64,000 bases of DNA from the NCBI GenBank assembly GCA_964016885.1, contig OZ024740.1, forward strand, positions 441,440,001 to 441,504,000, read 5' to 3'. Shown here in pieces: positions 58,101-64,000 of the stretch. The notes under the pieces are model-generated. The model made no database searches, was not told the DNA's origin, and saw only the letters and a list, made by a program, of their open reading frames with translations. This DNA is from Eledone cirrhosa (lineage: Eukaryota). Position 1 is the first letter of the stretch. The number at the start of each line of letters is the position of its first letter. Made by a program: the position numbers and the translations under genes.

Positions 58101-61100
58101 AATGTCGCATAACTCCAGTCTAATAATAAATTGACTAACAACACACCCAATGTCGCATAACTCCAGTCTATAAATAAATTGACTAACAACACACCCAATG
58201 TCGCATAACTCCAGTCTATAAATAAATTGACTAACAACACACCCAATGTCGCATAACTCCAGTCTAATAATAAATTGACTAACAACACACCCAATGTCGC
58301 ATAACTCCAGTCTATAAATAAATTGACTAACAACACACCCAATGTCGCATAACTCCAGTCTATAAATAAATTGACTAACAACACACCCAATGTCGCATAA
58401 CTCCAGTCTATTAATAAATTGACTAACAACACACCCAATGTCACATAACTCCAGTCTATTAATAAATTGACTAACAACACACCGAATGTCGCATAACTCC
58501 AGTCTATAAATAAATTGACTAACAACACACCCAATGTCGCATAACTCCAGTCTATAAATAAATTGACTAACAACACATCCAGTGTCACATAACTCCAGTC
58601 TATAAATAAATTGACTAACAAAACACCCAATGTCGCATAACTCCAGTCTATTAATAAATTGACTAACAACACATCCAGTGTCACATAACTCCAGTCTATA
58701 AATAAATTGACTAACAATACATCCAGTGTCACATAACTCCAGTCTATAAATAAATTGACTAACAACACATCCAGTGTCACATAACTACAGTCTATTAATA
58801 AATTGACTAACAACACATCCAGTGTCACATAACTCCAGTCTATTAATAAATTGACTAACAACACACCCAATGTCGCATAACTCCAGTCTATAAATAAATT
58901 GACTAACAACAAACCCAATGTCGCATAACTCCAGTCTATAAATAAATTGACTAACAACACACCCAATGTCGCATAACTCCAGTCTATAAATAAATTGACT
59001 AACAACACACCCAATGTCGCATAACTCCAGTCTATAAATAAATTGACTAACAACACACCCAATGTCGCATAACTCCAGTCTATAAATAAATTGACTAACA
59101 ACACACCCAATGTCGCATAACTCCAGTCTATAAATAAATTGACTAACAACACACCCAATGTCGCATAATACCAGTCTATAAATAAATTGACTAACAACAC
59201 ATCCAGCGTCACATAACTCCAGTCTATAAATAAATTGACTAACAACACACCCAATGTCGCATAACTCCAGTCTATAAATAAATTGACTAACAACACATCC
59301 AGTGTCACATAACTCCAGTCTATTAATAAATTGACTAACAACACATCCAGTGTCACATAACTCCAGTCTATTAATAAATTGACTAACAACACATCCAGTG
59401 TCACATAACTCCAGTCTATAAATAAATTGACTAACAACACATCCAGTGTCGCATAACTCCAGTCTATAAATAAATTGACTAACAACACACCCAATGTCGC
59501 ATAACTCCAGTCTATAAATAAATTGACTAACAACACACCCAATGTCGCATAACTCCAGTCTATTAATAAATTGACTAACAACACATCCAGTGTCACATAA
59601 CTCCAGTCTATAAATAAATTGACTAACAACACATCCAGTGTCACATAACTCCAGTCTATAAATAAATTGACTAACAACACACCCAATGTCGCATAACTCC
59701 AGTCTATAAATAAATTGACTAACAACACACCCAATGTCGCATAACTCCAGTCTATAAATAAATTGACTAACAACACACCCAATGTCGCATAACTCCAGTC
59801 TATTAATAAATTGACTAACAACACACCCAATGTCGCATAACTCCAGTCTATAAATAAATTGACTAACAACACACCCAATGTCGCATAACTCCAGTCTATT
59901 AATAAATTGACTAACAACACACCCAATGTCGCATAACTCCAGTCTATTAATAAATTGACTAACAACACACCCAATGTCGCATAACTCAAGTCTATTAATA
60001 AATTGACTAACAACACACCCAATGTCGCATAACTCCAGTCTATAAATAAATTGACTAACAACACATCCAGTGTCACATAACTCCAGTCTATAAATAAATT
60101 GACTAACAACACATCCAGTGTCGCATAACTCCAGTCTATAAATAAATTGACTAACAACACACCCAATGTCGCATAACTCCAGTCTATAAATAAATTGACT
60201 AACAACACATCCAGTGTCACATAACTCCAGTCTATAAATAAATTGACTAACAACACATCCAGTGTCACATAACTCCAGTCTATAAATAAATTGACTAACA
60301 ACACATCCAGTGTCACATAACTCCAGTCTATAAATAAATTGACTAACAACACATCCAGTGTCACATAACTCCAGTCTATAAATAAATTGACTAACAACAC
60401 ATCCAGTGTCACATAACTCCAGTCTATAAATAAATTGACTAACAACACACCCAATGTCGCATAACTCCAGTCTATAAATAAATTGACTAACAACACATCC
60501 AGTGTCACATAACTCCAGTCTATTAATAAATTGACTAACAACACATCCAGTGTCACATAACTCCAGTCTATAAATAAATTGACTAACAACACTCCCAATG
60601 TCGCATAACTCCAGTCTATAAATAAATTGACTAACAACACACCCAATGTCGCATAACTCCAGTCTAATAATAAATTGACTAACAACACACCCAATGTCGC
60701 ATAACTCCAGTCTATAAATAAATTGACTAACAACACACCCAATGTCGCATAACTCCAGTCTATAAATAAATTGACTAACAACACACCCAATGTCGCATAA
60801 CTCCAGTCTAATAATAAATTGACTAACAACACACCCAATGTCGCATAACTCCAGTCTAATAATAAATTGACTAACAACACACCCAATGTCGCATAACTCC
60901 AGTCTATAAATAAATTGACTAACAACACACCCAATGTCGCATAACTCCAGTCTAATAATAAATTGACTAACAACACACCTAATGTCGCATAACTCCAGTC
61001 TATAAATAAATTGACTAACAACACACCCAATGTCGCATAACTCCAGTCTATAAATAAATTGACTAACAACACACCCAATGTCGCATAACTCCAGTCTAAT

Positions 61101-63603
61101 AATAAATTGACTAACAACACACCCAATGTCGCATAACTCCAGTCTATAAATAAATTGACTAACAACACACCCAATGTCGCATAACTCCAGTCTATAAATA
61201 AATTGACTAACAACACACCCAATGTCGCATAACTCCAGTCTATTAATAAATTGACTAACAACACACCCAATGTCACATAACTCCAGTCTATTAATAAATT
61301 GACTAACAACACACCGAATGTCGCATAACTCCAGTCTATAAATAAATTGACTAACAACACACCCAATGTCGCATAACTCCAGTCTATAAATAAATTGACT
61401 AACAACACATCCAGTGTCACATAACTCCAGTCTATAAATAAATTGACTAACAAAACACCCAATGTCGCATAACTCCAGTCTATTAATAAATTGACTAACA
61501 ACACATCCAGTGTCACATAACTCCAGTCTATAAATAAATTGACTAACAATACATCCAGTGTCACATAACTCCAGTCTATAAATAAATTGACTAACAACAC
61601 ATCCAGTGTCACATAACTACAGTCTATTAATAAATTGACTAACAACACATCCAGTGTCACATAACTCCAGTCTATTAATAAATTGACTAACAACACACCC
61701 AATGTCGCATAACTCCAGTCTATTAATAAATTGACTAACAACACATCCAGTGTCACATAACTCCAGTCTATTAATAAATTGACTAACAACACACCCAATG
61801 TCGCATAACTCCAGTCTATTAATATATTGACTAACAACACACCCAATGTCACATAACTCCAGTCTATTAATAAATTGACTAACAACACACCCAATGTCGC
61901 ATAACTCCAGTCTAATAATAAATTGACTAACAACACACCCAATGTCGCATAACTCCAGTCTATAAATAAATTGACTAACAACACACCCAATGTCGCATAA
62001 CTCCAGTCTATAAATAAATTGACTAACAACACACCCAATGTCGCATAACTCCAGTCTATAAATAAATTGACTAACAACACACCCAATGTCGCATAACTCC
62101 AGTCTATAAATAAATTGACTAACAACACACCCAATGTCGCATAATACCAGTCTATAAATAAATTGACTAACAACACATCCAGCGTCACATAACTCCAGTC
62201 TATAAATAAATTGACTAACAACACACCCAATGTCGCATAACTCCAGTCTATAAATAAATTGACTAACAACACATCCAGTGTCACATAACTCCAGTCTATT
62301 AATAAATTGACTAACAACACATCCAATGTCACATAACTCCAGTCTATTAATAAATTGACTAACAACACATCCAGTGTCACATAACTCCAGTCTATAAATA
62401 AATTGACTAACAACACATCCAGTGTCGCATAACTCCAGTCTATAAATAAATTGACTAACAACACACCCAATGTCGCATAACTCCAGTCTATAAATAAATT
62501 GACTAACAACACACCCAATGTCGCATAACTCCAGTCTATTAATAAATTGACTAACAACACATCCAGTGTCACATAACTCCAGTCTATAAATAAATTGACT
62601 AACAACACATCCAGTGTCACATAACTCCAGTCTATAAATAAATTGACTAACAACACACCCAATGTCGCATAACTCCAGTCTATAAATAAATTGACTAACA
62701 ACACACCCAATGTCGCATAACTCCAGTCTATAAATAAATTGACTAACAACACACCCAATGTCGCATAACTCCAGTCTATTAATAAATTGACTAACAACAC
62801 ACCCAATGTCGCATAACTCCAGTCTATAAATAAATTGACTAACAACACACCCAATGTCGCATAACTCCAGTCTATTAATAAATTGACTAACAACACACCC
62901 AATGTCGCATAACTCCAGTCTATTAATAAATTGACTAACAACACACCCAATGTCGCATAACTCAAGTCTATTAATAAATTGACTAACAACACACCCAATG
63001 TCGCATAACTCCAGTCTATAAATAAATTGACTAACAACACATCCAGTGTCACATAACTCCAGTCTATAAATAAATTGACTAACAACACATCCAGTGTCGC
63101 ATAACTCCAGTCTATAAATAAATTGACTAACAACACACCCAATGTCGCATAACTCCAGTCTATAAATAAATTGACTAACAACACATCCAGTGTCACATAA
63201 CTCCAGTCTATAAATAAATTGACTAACAACACATCCAGTGTCACATAACTCCAGTCTATAAATAAATTGACTAACAACACATCCAGTGTCACATAACTCC
63301 AGTCTATAAATAAATTGACTAACAACACATCCAGTGTCACATAACTCCAGTCTATAAATAAATTGACTAACAACACATCCAGTGTCACATAACTCCAGTC
63401 TATAAATAAATTGACTAACAACACATCCAGTGTCACATAACTCCAGTCTATAAATAAATTGACTAACAACACATCCAGTGTCACATAACTCCAGTCTATA
63501 AATAAATTGACTAACAACACATCCAGTGTCACATAACTCCAGTCTATAAATAAATTGACTAACAACACATCCAGTGTCACATAACTCCAGTCTATTAATA
63601 AAT
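31112..63603. repeat. 48-bp satellite array (~677 monomers), consensus AAATTGACTAACAACACA(C/T)CCA(A/G)TGTC(G/A)CATAACTCCAGTCTAT(A/T)AAT
   Basis: Uninterrupted head-to-tail units with sharp boundaries. Two dominant monomer types (CCCAATGTCGC and TCCAGTGTCAC) and eight 47-bp deletion units are visible. The minus-strand ORFs show 16-aa periodicity. Confidence 0.99.
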
Positions 63604-63906
63604 CAAATATTTAATGTATTATACCTAACTAACAATATTTAATATATTACATATTTCTACCAAATACTCTTGCCTATATAATCAGCATTTATAACGTGTA
63701 TATGAAATATCCCAAGTTCTCGGAGTGGCCCACTTATCAGCCATGATGTAATGATTACATGTGCTAAACTCTCTATTGCTAACATAACTCAATCTCTAAT
63801 TAAATATACAAATTAATTAATTTTATATTCAAATATCAAACATAGAAACTAGGTACAATAATTTTTCATATTTTCAACTGGTTTACATTTCTCAATAAAA
63901 TTGATA

Positions 63907-63925
63907 TTTTCTTCCTTTTTTGTAG
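63907..63925 (+). other. Possible 3' splice acceptor (polypyrimidine tract + TAG)
   Basis: ttttcttccttttttgtag is followed by an abrupt rise in GC content (ggggcgccatgttgacatagagcgt…). All three downstream frames hit a stop within ~30 nt. Confidence 0.3.
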
Positions 63926-64000
63926 GGGGCGCCATGTTGACATAGAGCGTCTCTAGAGCATTCTTCAAAATTTGGCGGAACCCATCTCCTCTCCAGGTCT

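Noticed and set aside
31054-63580. 1300-2000-aa minus-strand ORFs as real membrane or Cys-repeat proteins
   Set aside because: They are pure 16-aa repeats in two overlapping frames. There is no unique terminal domain, the common variants are non-synonymous, frameshifts recur and the starts are GTG/TTG in a eukaryotic context.
31112-63603. CRISPR array
   Set aside because: There are no unique spacers (the units are near-identical over their whole length), no cas genes, and the context is eukaryotic.

Overview
Eukaryotic, AT-rich, almost gene-free DNA dominated by two tandem arrays. The first is a ~28.5 kb array of a 19-bp monomer (GACTATTTACTACTG[C/T]TG[G/A], 1-~28530, running off the left edge). 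The second is a ~32.5 kb, very homogeneous array of a 48-bp monomer (31112-63603, ~677 units) with nested higher-order duplications. The 19-bp array is interrupted once by a ~550-bp insert with solo-LTR hallmarks (3158-3709). The ~2.6 kb between the arrays holds a (TA)33 tract, a near-perfect ~190-bp inverted repeat with degenerate Penelope-type hammerhead-ribozyme motifs, two tRNA-derived SINE copies (one with a 12-bp TSD) and a TG-rich compound microsatellite. From memory the SINEs resemble abundant octopus SINEs, so a cephalopod host is a tentative inference. The ORFs in the track are best explained as repeat artefacts. I find no credible gene, CRISPR array or clearly new biological system. 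The best leads are the hammerhead-like palindrome, the LTR inside the satellite and the readable history of the 48-bp array.
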